Assembly: GCF_006345805.1 (NCBI RefSeq)
Contig: NW_021834031.1
Location: 1-26,987 of the forward strand
Source: Octopus sinensis
Taxonomy: Eukaryota
Length of the DNA: 26,987 bases
Reading direction: 5' to 3'
This document shows, piece by piece, positions 12,071 to 22,154 of the stretch (positions are counted from its first letter, which is position 1; each line of letters starts with the position of its first letter). Under the pieces are notes generated by a model. The model did no database searches, was not told where the DNA came from, and worked only from the letters and a program-made list of their open reading frames with translations. The position numbers and the translations under genes were made by a program.

Positions 12071-12186
12071 AGAATTATTGGTATCGCTTTTACAATTGCT
12101 GCCAATTGGATATATGTCTAAAAGACTTAGAAGTTTAGAGTTTATTTACCTCTCACACCGAGTCCACCAATCATTTTGGAACTCAC

Positions 12187-12238
12187 CATTCTTCTGTATA
12201 AAGAGATTATGACGTAACTTTCAGATTTATTTGAATAG
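12187..12238 (-). other. Candidate 52-nt host-gene exon
   Basis: Minus strand: ctctcttactttcctcatctccaccgttcag|CTATTC...AGAAGAATG|gtgagt. Long polypyrimidine tract, CAG acceptor and consensus donor. Only one frame is open (x-YSNKSESYVIISLYRRM); alternatively a 5' UTR exon ending in ATG. Confidence 0.45.
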
Positions 12239-12479
12239 CTGAACGGTGGAGATGAGGAAAGTAAGAGAGCCGTTACATTACATAAATATGTACATTCTGT
12301 ATATGTCTTGCAGGGATACGATGTAGTTGGAAAACGGTAAGTAGAGGGTTAAATGAGGCGATGTCATTGTAGTCTTCTCCAAGTATGTTAGTTTGGGCTG
12401 TTAACCAAGATTCCAAATCTTGACGTGGCAATTTCACAAGAGAAGCATGTATGTTTATATTCTCGAATAAAGGATGGAA

Positions 12480-12860
12480 TACAACAGAAGACAACAGAAT
12501 AGGGTAGAACAAAACTGAATGGAAAAGAGTAGAATAGAATAAGATATGATAAATTATAACAGACTGTATTAGTATGTAAAAGCAAATGATAGAATAGAAG
12601 AGAGATTAGGAGAGAAAATACTATAGCAGAGTAGAAGAGAATACATTAGGATTATATAGACCTGAATAGGATAGAATCGGAGAGGATAGAATGGAATAGA
12701 AGACAGAATAGGATAGAATGGAATATCATAAAATAGATTAGGAGATTATAAGATTGAAACAGCTTACCATAGAATATTTTAGTATATATAATATAATGTA
12801 ATGCAATATAATATGATTTGATATAACATGTTAGGATATAATATTATATGATATAATATA
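12480..12860. repeat. Degenerate pentanucleotide tract (AATAG)n grading into (AATAT)n
   Basis: Direct reading. Further (AATAT)n at 13068-13118 and 13890-13965. Confidence 0.85.
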
Positions 12861-12910
12861 ACTTCCGTTATATGCAATAGGGACAGAATTAAATTAATAG
12901 CCATCTATGT

Positions 12911-13054
12911 ATCATATTTGATCTTAATACATCGTTGAAGAGCAATTTATTACAGTATTCGTCCAGAGATATCAGTTTTTAGGGACATGTTGTTATCTCT
13001 GGATGAATGACGCAGTAGATTGCCTTTCAACAATGCATTTACATTAAGTATGAT
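12911..13054. repeat. Old palindrome/MITE-like fold-back, 61-bp arms, 22-nt loop
   Basis: 12911-12971 versus the reverse complement of 12994-13054: 46/61 identical, no gaps, 12 of 15 differences are transitions. Confidence 0.85.
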
Positions 13055-13130
13055 ATACTGAAAGCTATTATAATATAATAAATATAATATAATATAACAT
13101 AATATAATATAATATAATCCTTTATATCAT

Positions 13131-13329
13131 AGGCATAAGACCTGAAATTTTAGGGGAGGGACTAAGTCAATTACATCCACCCCTGTGTGCAACTGGTACT
13201 TACTTCCTCGACCCCGAGAGCATGAAAGATAAATTCGACTGCGGCTGCAATTGAACTCAGAACGCAAAGCCAGAAGATATGTTGCTGAGCATTTTACCGA
13301 CATGCTAACGATTCTGCTAACTCACCGCT
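13131..13329 (-). mobile_element. tRNA-derived SINE (ttcatcc...ggggtcga...agtacc core family), diverged
   Basis: Head gcggtgagttagcagaatcgttagc, B-box-like gttctgagttcaatt, core tttcatgctctcggggtcga...aagtaccagttg, tail cccctaaaatttcaggtcttatgcc. Confidence 0.85.
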
Positions 13330-13338
13330 TTAGTATAA

Positions 13339-13500
13339 TCTATCATATAAAATCTGTTCTGTCTGTCTGCGTGTCTTCTAGTATCTCGGGCATCCTCCAT
13401 CCGATTGCGCTAAAATTTTATACGTAGATACCGACGGTATCAGGGCGTGTATAAGTCTTGAAAAAATTACAAAAATCGATTCCAGGTGAGAATGCGATCG
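13339..13500 (+). mobile_element. 5' fragment of a non-autonomous Helitron-like element
   Basis: a|TCtatcatataaaa start followed by gtctgtctg microrepeat and atccgatt..ctaaaatttt, typical of Helitron-N/DINE-like 5' ends. No 3' CTAG hairpin end found. Confidence 0.45.
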
Positions 13501-13967
13501 ATAAAGTCGTTTTTGTCCTTTTTTCTTCCCTCAACCTGTACATAACTGCACCTTTTATTTTTTGTTGTTTTTGTTCTGCTTAAAGGCACGTTTCTTTCCT
13601 TCCAAGCTTACTGTTTAAACCATGTTTGTGTTCTCCCAGTCAACAGCCTTATCATTACTGGTACTTTAAACTCTTCGGTTGCATATTTGTGTGAATAAAA
13701 TCGTTTTTCATTGGAATAGAAAAAAGTCTGTCTTTATTTCTTTTTTTGCTGGTGTCTCAAATTTAGGTTAAATCAGTGTTTCTCAAAGGGGAGGCCTATG
13801 GGACGGCCGGACAAGTTGTTTTGAGAAAATTTGGTTTAAATGTTTGACAACTCAGCACCGTCCATTGAACGGGGGACGTTTTGCTCGTATAATATGATAT
13901 AATATAATATAATATAATATAATATAATATAATATAATATAATACAATATTATACAATACAATACAA

Positions 13968-14355
13968 TCTTTATATATAAAAGTGAAGTTGTGTGTCTGT
14001 CTCCTACGATTTAGATTCCTAACTACTCCCACATTTTGCGGTGCAGTTTAACCAAAACCAGGTATCTTATAGTCGTGATTCATTTCGAGCCCGTCTGAGT
14101 ATTAGCGCGCGTCTACGATGAGTCTACGATTTTAAAAATAATTTACCATAATTTTTTTCCATTTTAATGCATTTTTTTCGCTATTATATAAGGGAAGTAA
14201 CTCTCTAAAAATGTCTACAAAGAGTCAACGATTTAAAAAAAAATTACCATCATCTTTTTTTGCATTTTTAATGCATTTTTTTGCTATAACTCTCTAAAAA
14301 TGCTTATATAGTTATTTCCCTTACAAACCCGAGCAACGCCGGGCGATACTGCTAG
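13968..14355 (+). mobile_element. Complete non-autonomous Helitron
   Basis: 5' TC after A, 3' CTAG before T, GC-rich hairpin cccgagcaacgccggg (14328-14343) 8 nt before CTAG, no TSD, internal ~75-bp duplication. Confidence 0.85.
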
Positions 14356-14514
14356 TACAATATAAAATTGAATGCTAATTTAAAGTTGTCATTGACAGCT
14401 TTGTATCAAAGTATGTGAAATTTTACATAGGGATACATCTTTTCCGAGAGAAAATCATTGGTTATATAAATTTTTTCTGGCGATGTCTATAAAGCCGAGA
14501 AACACTGGGTATTT

Positions 14515-15100
14515 CTCCGCATTGAAAAGTCACAAGTCCGGTACTACGGCTATGTGACCAGAATATCAGAGGAAAGACTTGCAAGACGGATTCTTCAAGC
14601 CGAAGAATCCGCCAACAAGCAGATTCTTCGACCGAAGAATCTGCCTATAGGCAGAACACCTCGAGCTGAACAAGAACGAAATGGTTGGATAATATCTATT
14701 TCTTTACTACCCACAAGGGGCTAAACACAGAGAGGACAAGCAAGAACAGACAAACAGATTAAGTCGATTACATCAACCCCAGTGCGTAACTGGTACTTAT
14801 TTAATCGACCCCGCAAGGATGAAAGACAAAGTCGACCTCGGCGGAATTTGAACTCAGAACGTAACGGCAGACGAAATACCGCTAAGCATTTCGCACGGCG
14901 TGCTAACGATTCTGCCAGCTCGCCGCCTTGGATAATAATGGTTGGATAATATCCGTGGTCTCAATTGGTCACGCTTGAGAGTCCAGCCTCGTACTGTAAT
15001 GACGATTGCTTCTTTATAAGATTCTAAGGAAGACTTTACCTCAACGACGCTATCAATAATACGAGGACGAGAATAATGGATGGAAAATAGAATAGAACGG
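14515..15100 (+). mobile_element. 3' end of an RTE-clade LINE, interrupted by a SINE
   Basis: LRIEKSQVRYYGYVTRISEERLARRILQAE...RPIGR...KWLDNIRGLNWSRL matches the RTE C-terminal pattern LRW.GHV.RM...RL.R.IL...P.G.RP.GRP..RW.D. Confidence 0.78.
14697..14929 (-). mobile_element. Full-length tRNA-derived SINE with target-site duplication
   Basis: Head aaggcggcgagctggcagaatcgttagc, B box gttctgagttcaaattcc, core ttcatccttgcggggtcgattaaataagtacc. 16-bp direct repeat atggttggataatatc at 14681-14696 and 14938-14953. Confidence 0.92.
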
Positions 15101-15544
15101 GCTTGAAGAGGGGAAAAAAAAAAGAACACAAGAGGATAAAATTTAATAGACTGGAATAAAAAATGATCTGCAATACTTGTGGAGAAATACCCAGTGTTTC
15201 TCGGCATTATAGACATCGTCAGAAAAAATTATATAACCAATGACTTTCTCTCTGAAAAGTCGAATAGGAAACAGTAAGAGAGAATTGAATCGTGTTTATT
15301 ATTTTATTCTGTAGAGGAATAGAACAGACATTGAAATTTGCCTTGAAGGAAATGTAAATGAGACACAGAAGTGGTACAGAGTAGTTAATAATAGAACGCC
15401 TTTGGTAGCAAGAATATATTTGAAACGGACAACACTACATTGTCCAATATGCCCTTCCTTGTTTAAGATATTACGAAGACTTGTTTATCTCTATTCCTAT
15501 TTCTAGCAAGTCAAGTTATAGATGCTCTCTCTCTCTCTCATCGG

Positions 15545-16010
15545 TTCGCATACATAATTCTTACCTTAAAACAGAATGAACTGATCTTGTGCTTGTTCCC
15601 ATTTTGTGAGTAATTTCCTGGATTGTTACACGACGGTCTTCCATGACTACTAGCCCGACCTTATCAATCGTCTCCTCATCTTGGCTTGTGGATGGCCTGC
15701 GTCAGCGTTTTGTCCATGGCATCATCGTCAAAGGCCTGTTGAATCTTCTGGATTCTTTGAGCTTGAGTATCACCAACCTTTTGACAAAGATTCACATAAT
15801 ATCTGTGCTCGATGCATTCGATGAAAACGGAAAATCCGATGAGCGATTACGACATTGTAGGCGTAGCAGGTTCGAACACATGCGGCGTACCGGCGCGAAA
15901 GTTTTCACGCATCGCAGAGACAGTGGTATCAACTTACACCCAGAGGATTTTGTCCACGTGGCATTAGCTTTGGCAGGGAAAAAAACCCGGATACTTTTTG
16001 GAGCATCTGA

Positions 16011-16011
<1 letters not shown>
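15545..16011 (-). mobile_element. Mariner 5' fragment with internal deletion
   Basis: TIR-like tcagatgctccaaaaagtatccgg next to (TA)n. [33 protein letters not shown] then [29 protein letters not shown]. Confidence 0.82.
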
Positions 16012-16258
<247 letters not shown>

Positions 16259-16338
16259 CTAAGTTGAGTTGTGGGGTATCGCACGAGTGGAATTATATAC
16301 GAAAGTAGGTTTGAAAATGCAATTTAAAATATGTTTAT

Positions 16339-16383
16339 TTACTTAACCGGTTTCACTCTTTGTAAAAAGATTGTCAAAAGTAA
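16339..16383 (-). ncRNA. Minimal type I hammerhead motif, U3-A8 variant (inverted copy)
   Basis: Reverse complement TTACTT-TTGACAA-TCTTTTTACAAAGAGT-GAAA-CCGG-TT-AAGTAA. Differs from the + copy only at one loop II position. Confidence 0.75.
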
Positions 16384-17090
16384 CATAGAATATTATGAAT
16401 TCAAAAAAGTTTTTTACATAATTGCCACATTGAATATTATGAATTCAAAAAAGATTTTTTACATAATTGCCACATTACATGTATAAATATAGTCTTTGGT
16501 AACAGGGATATGTTAAGGGCATAAAGAAGTTCAACAGTGTGATGAGAATATTTGGAAAAATGGGCAGAAAAGAATAAAAAAATTTATTATTGGAAATTTG
16601 GTTGCGTTAATTATTGGTTGTTGCAAATTGTCACATTACATGTATATATATACAGTCTTTGGTAAAAAGGACATGTTAAAGACATAAGGAAGTGCAACAG
16701 TATGGTGAGAATATTTGAAAAATTGGCAGAAAAAATTTAAATGAATATATTATACATGAGATGTATAATATATTTATTTTAATTTTTTCTGCCAATTTTT
16801 CAAATATTCTCACCATACTGTAGCACTTCCTTATGTCTTTAACATGTCCTTTTTACCAAAGACTGTATATATATACATGTAATGTGACAATTTGCAACAA
16901 CCAATAATTAACGCAACCAAATTTCCAATAATAAATTTTTTTATTCTTTTCTGCCCATTTTTCCAAATATTCTCATCACACTGTTGAACTTCTTTATGCC
17001 CTTAACATATCCCTGTTACCAAAGACTATATTTATACATGTAATGTGGTAATTATGTAAAAAAACTTTTTTGAATTCATAATATTCTATG

Positions 17091-17135
17091 TTACTTTTGA
17101 CAATCTTTTTCCAAAGAGTGAAACCGGTTAAGTAA
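17091..17135 (+). ncRNA. Minimal type I hammerhead ribozyme motif, U3-A8 variant with palindromic helix III
   Basis: Helix I TTACTT/AAGTAA; core TTGACAA (U3,U4,G5,A6,C7,A8,A9); helix II T.T, C-G, T-A, T.G, T-A, T-A with 4-nt loop; GAAA 17120-17123; ACCGGT palindrome; triplet GTT, cut after T17129; AATAAA at 17134-17139. Confidence 0.75.
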
Positions 17136-17679
17136 ATAAACATATTTTAAATTGCATTTTCAAACCTTCTTTCGTATATATATATATATATATAATATAT
17201 ATATATATATATTATATATATATATATAATATATATATATATATAATATATACATATTGAGATAGGGGTTGTAAATGCAACCCTCCATGGGATAACATAT
17301 ATCCAATATACTGCTAGTGAAGTACCCAACAATGTTAATACATAAATGTTAATGATTGTGAGGCAATCAATTCATTTACTGTATTATATGGGCAAAGGTA
17401 AAATGATTTACCACAAATTAATAATACAAGATAAGAAAATGGAGAAATACATCTAAATCAAATATCAATTACCAGATAATACTCAATCACATACTTTATT
17501 AAACCACCACATAAGAGACTGTAGGGTTAAATATAAAAAGCAGAACAAATCAGTGTGCATATATATATATATATTAGAAGGTTTGGAGATGATGTACAGG
17601 TATTATATATTAGAAGAAATGAGGTACTCAGAAATCTGGCTGGTTTTATATTTACAGATATTTATTAGTATTACTCCGA

Positions 17680-18200
17680 GTGTTACATCAAGATGATAAA
17701 CAACTTCTTTGTGCCTGAATTACGACGAAAACGTATGTCTTTTCGACGGGTGTGGTTTTAGTAGTACTGGGCAACGGCTCACACAGCCAGAGCATCAATG
17801 GACGTTCTTCGCCCTCTCTTCGGCGACTGCCTCATTTCCAGGTTTGCTGATATCCTTTCGCCCCCTCAGCCCCCTGATTTCTCCATGTATGATTATTTCT
17901 TGAGGGAAAACCGCAAAGCACATGTCTATGTGCATAAGCCCCGTACACTGGACGATTTAAAGGAAGCTATTCGCGTGAAAGTGGCCCAAACCGACCGAGC
18001 AATACTGGAGAGAGTGGAGGCCAACTTCCAAGAACGCCTTCAGAAATGCATCAATGAAAACGGACACAACATAATGGATGATGCTTTCACACTTGATTTT
18101 GACAAATGCTAATTCAGTATGAACACATTGACGTCAATAAAATTAGTTTGCAGCCTAAAATTAATGATTTTGTGAATCTTCCAAAAATGTCCATCCTGTC
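17680..18200 (+). mobile_element. Tc1/mariner-superfamily DD41D (rosa/Visitor-type) transposase 3' remnant
   Basis: MINNFFVPELRRKRMSFRRVWF**YWATAHTARASMDVLRPLFGDCLISRFADILSPPQPPDFSMYDYFL...KPRTLDDLKEAIR. 41 residues lie between the decayed QQD position and the final D. Ends ccatcctgt (TIR-like). Confidence 0.8.
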
Positions 18201-20529
18201 TGCTCTATTGTGTATGAGAATTACAAGTCAGTACTAGTGCCACTTTTCTCCTTTGCCTTGCACCCCGAAGTCTGTTCATGCTGATGGCACAACGATATCC
18301 ATTTTGTTAGTTCCAAGGCTGTTCGCTCAAAGGTGTTTGTTGTGAGATATCATTATTTCTAAGAGGTTACTCTTCAGCTTGTCCTTATATCTGAGCCATG
18401 GTTAACCAACATTCTTGTGCCCAATATCAAAGCTATATATATATATATATAAAACTATATATATATAGTTGTTGATCTCGTTAAATTTATAGTACAGAGA
18501 ACTAGATTAAAAGCTGTCTTTTAATAGGCCTTTTCTTTTCCTTTGGTAACAAATCCTCGACCTTAAACAAAACTGGATTGCATAGGATAACTACATGATT
18601 GCTAGTGTCACCTGTAGTATGTAGCACGTGGGCGTGTAGAACTTTCTGACTTGGTGTCCTGCAAATTTGGAGAGAGCGGTGCTAACTACTTCCCAGTGGT
18701 GAGTACAAATTTTCTCTTACCGAATCAAAACAAGGCTTCACTTCGAAACGATTCAACTATACAATACTGAAAGTTCTTCAGGCTACTTCTGCCTAATACA
18801 AATTTCTTCAACATTGAGGAAAATGGAGATGCTTTGAGGCTTCCTTTTCTTGCTGTCCTATAATTCTTGGTTAGAGCTGATTTAAGGAAATCTATAATAA
18901 AAGGCATTCTAGTCTTAGCATTCTAGTCTTCTTTTCTTTCATATTATCTTATGGCTTCTTCATTATTTAAAGATAGAATCGGATATGTTTTGTGGGAGAT
19001 TTAACTGCTCGTTTTAATACATATAGCGACTACAAAGAGGCTTACCCACTGGTTCCTTTAATATTTTACTCAGGTGCAAGAGATTTATAAGAGTTTCTAC
19101 TTTGATTAAGTTTTCGTTGTTGGGTAGCCACATTTCAATGCGACTGTACGGGTTCCAGCTGTGATATTCCGATTTCTTTTATCATATCAGGACGTACATT
19201 ATGCAAAGCATTCCATCTTGTTTTTAAAGACAGTAAGACGTGATTTGAGGAAGATTCTACAGCTATTTTTAACAGGTCGTATGATTGTTATTAAATGTTT
19301 TAGACAGACTTTCAAAATGTTACTAAGTAACACAAAACAGCACGGTAACGAACAAACATTAGTTAAACGAAATTGGACTGTATGGGTTGACGATGAGGTC
19401 ATAGGATCATCTGTGATACTTAGAATATGAAATTGTAGAAGTTTCTCATAAATGTCTTACGGATTTGATTTATAGATTTTTAAAAGTGACTTTATGAAAT
19501 ATGTGCGAACTTGATTAGAATAGTCAGATGTTTCGTTGTGATGAGGTCAGTTTGAAATTCGATCAAATCTGCTTTTGCTATTTTTGTGAGTTTGTGGATA
19601 TAACTAGTGTATGTATGCGTGTGTGGGTTAATCATGTTTCGAGCTGTACTTATTTTTACAAGAGGAGAACTGTAATAAGGATACATATAACAGACCCATA
19701 TGCTTGAAGTTTGAAAAGAAAAACGACTGAGGGTTTTTATGGACTTGCCCTTAACTAACGTTCAAACAGTTGCAGTGGAACTACGCCAGCAAGCAAGTAG
19801 CAGTGGTGCAACGAAACTTTTAACACGTCAATGATTAAATCGAAAGGGAGTTTAACAGTTTTTACGTGTTTTTGAATGGATAAAAATATGTAATTGCATA
19901 ATTATGCAAAATGTGTTTAGAATTCTGAAGGTAAAACGCAGAATTCTACTCCCACCTCTCCTCTCTCACAGGGCAACACCTCACTTTCTATATCTCTCAT
20001 TCATTGAAATTACATCCTCTTCCACTTTCTAGATGTACATATTTTACTTATCCACTTCTACTGATCACTTCATGACTACCCCACCTGAGGTCTTGGTTCT
20101 GAAACATTATATGTTTTCATTCCATACTCCAACCAAGCAAACTTATTTTACTTACAAAATTTTTTGAAGAATTCCACAACATTTTTGAAATGGTAGGAAT
20201 GAAACGAGATACCGCAGGACAGCAAGTTCCTGTATTGGGAAATGCTTATTGTTTTTGTTTAATTTCAAGTGATCCCTAATCGATTAGATCTATTATCATA
20301 GACAATCTAGTCACGAAAATCTCACGTTTTAGAAATATCTGGATTACATTATCTAATATGTTACAATTCCAGCGAGCGGGGTTAACTTAGTGTTTAATTT
20401 TTGGGATTGCAAAAATATTTTGGGGTCAATTAACTGAGAGATATGTAGATGAAAAATCTTAAATTTCTGAAAAATAAACAATAGTCGAAAATTTTGTGGT
20501 GGATACTGGTCAATTTTAATTGAAGAGAA

Positions 20530-20834
20530 AGGGTAATGAGCTCTTTCTGTCATGAATGACCATAGAATTGCACCTAGAAAGTTACCCTCCGGGGCACAAG
20601 TCCAGGCAAGATTGTTTATAGGAAACCAGCGGTCACCCATGCATAGCGGCCTCTCCTACCCACGCCACCGATTTTATCCAAGGGAAAGGCAAAGGCTGAT
20701 ACAGTTTGGCACCAGTGACGTCGCTACTCATTTCTACAGCAGAGCGAGCAGGAGTAACGTGAAATAAAGTGTATTACTCGAGAACACAGCCCGGTCCGGC
20801 CTAACGCTCTAACCAGTGAGCCATGGGCCTTCAA
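20530..20834 (-). mobile_element. tRNA-derived SINE with 12-bp TSD and B-box deletion
   Basis: Direct repeat aattgaagagaa at 20518-20529 and 20835-20846. A-box-like tggctcactgg in the head; no B box follows. Confidence 0.82.
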
Positions 20835-20866
20835 AATTGAAGAGAATTATGGTCAATAGTATGCTA

Positions 20867-22154
20867 TCAGGTCATCCCATAAGTTCTGTCCGAATTTTGA
20901 ATAAAGAAAACAAGTGATCAAACGTTATATTTAATTGAAATTTAATCATCAATGCACTTTCCCTGATTATCTATGACTTCCTTCCATCTGTTTATAAGCT
21001 TCTTTAATCCCATCAATGTAAAACTATTTTGGTTTCAGAGCGAAGTACTCTGAAATGTCAGTTTCGACCTCCACCTGGCTTGCGAAATTTATGTGCCCCA
21101 AATGATTATGTAAACTACGAAACAAATAGTAGTCTGAAGGATCAAGGTCGGGAGAATAAGGTGGATGAGGAATTTTTTCCAAACTAAGCTTTTCAATCTT
21201 CTGTGATGTGATTTTTGCAGTGTGGGGTCGCGCTTTGTCCTGATGAAACATCACTCCTTTTCGATTCACTAAAGCGGATCTTTTTTTCTTCAAAGCTTGG
21301 TTCAAACGCTCTAATTGCTGACAGTAGACTTGAGTATTGATTGTTGCATTAGGTGGTAACAATTCAAAGTGAATTACTCCTTTGCAATCCCACCAGATAG
21401 AGAGAAGAACCTTTCCCCCATGGAGTTCCCTTCTCGGTTGTGGTTGAGCTTTTTCCCTTTTACCAATCCAGTGTTTACGACGTTTAGCATTTCGATAGAA
21501 GATCCATTTATTGTCACCAGTCACAAGTCTATTGAAAAAGAGTGAAATGGGTTCGCGAGAATGGAGAGAAGAGCAGATGTCAACTCAGGATTTGCGGTCG
21601 CTTTCGGGCAATTCCGGAGGCATCCATTTTCCAAGTTTAGGAACCTTTCCAAGTTGTTGAAGATGACGATGAACAGTTGTATGGCTTGAACTAAGCTTTT
21701 TTGCCAATTCTTCAACTGATAATGCAGGATTTTCTTCAAGTAATGCCTTAAGAAGCTTTCCATCAAACTCAACTGGACGTCCTGTTCGATCTTCATCTTC
21801 AAGGCTGAAATCTCCACTTTTGAATTTTGCAAACCATCTTCTGCAAGTTCTTTCATTCAAGCATTCTTTCCCATTAACTGAGTGTATGCTACGAGTCGCT
21901 TTGGCTGCATAGTTTCTTTTTCTGTACTCATAAAGCATTCTGTGCTTCAAATACTCTTTGGATACTTCCATGTTAGAAAGGGTTTTAATCAAAGAAATTT
22001 TAATTCTATTATTCTGTAAAATAATATCTAATAAGTTTAAATGTACACAATGCAAAAAAATAATTTTTAATTCGATTAGACATTCTGAAATACTATTAAA
22101 TTTCATTCAATTTTAAAAAAGGTAAAATCGGACAGAACTTATGGGATGACCTGA
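20867..22154 (-). mobile_element. Full-length 1288-bp mariner (DD34D) transposon
   Basis: Perfect 27-bp TIRs tcaggtcatcccataagttctgtccga, TA duplications at 20865-20866 and 22155-22156. Confidence 0.97.
20942..21971 (-). pseudogene. Mariner transposase, disabled (~342 codons)
   Basis: MEVSKEY..HTH..GRP, GKWMP, TGDNKW, HQDKARPH, YSPDLDPSDY with 34 residues between the 2nd and 3rd D. In-frame TGA at 21585-21587, TAG at 21024-21026 and a 1-bp frameshift near the C-terminus. Confidence 0.95.

Larger units (their letters stand above)
14439..15259. repeat. 80-bp inverted repeats (14439-14518 / 15181-15259) enclosing a LINE fragment and a SINE
   Basis: cttttccgagagaaaatcattggttatataa...gagaaacactgggtatttctcc versus the reverse complement of the right copy: 4 substitutions and 1 indel. 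Confidence 0.9.

Noticed and set aside
13774-13800. cagtgtttctcaaa, similar to a hAT/Charlie terminal repeat
   Set aside because: No matching second end or 8-bp TSD found.
15185-15225. Hammerhead-like CTGACGA...GAAAC...GTA on the minus strand of the right 80-bp repeat
   Set aside because: Helix I cannot form (TTTTT versus TTTCTCC), helix II is poor, and the left copy has CTGGCGA.
15315-15353. Possible 39-nt plus-strand exon (tctgtag|...|gtaaat)
   Set aside because: Weak donor and no recognisable peptide; such signals are expected by chance in AT-rich DNA.
18340-18385. Minus-strand CTGAAGA...GAAA...ATC
   Set aside because: No helix I complementarity and helix II is out of register; likely chance.
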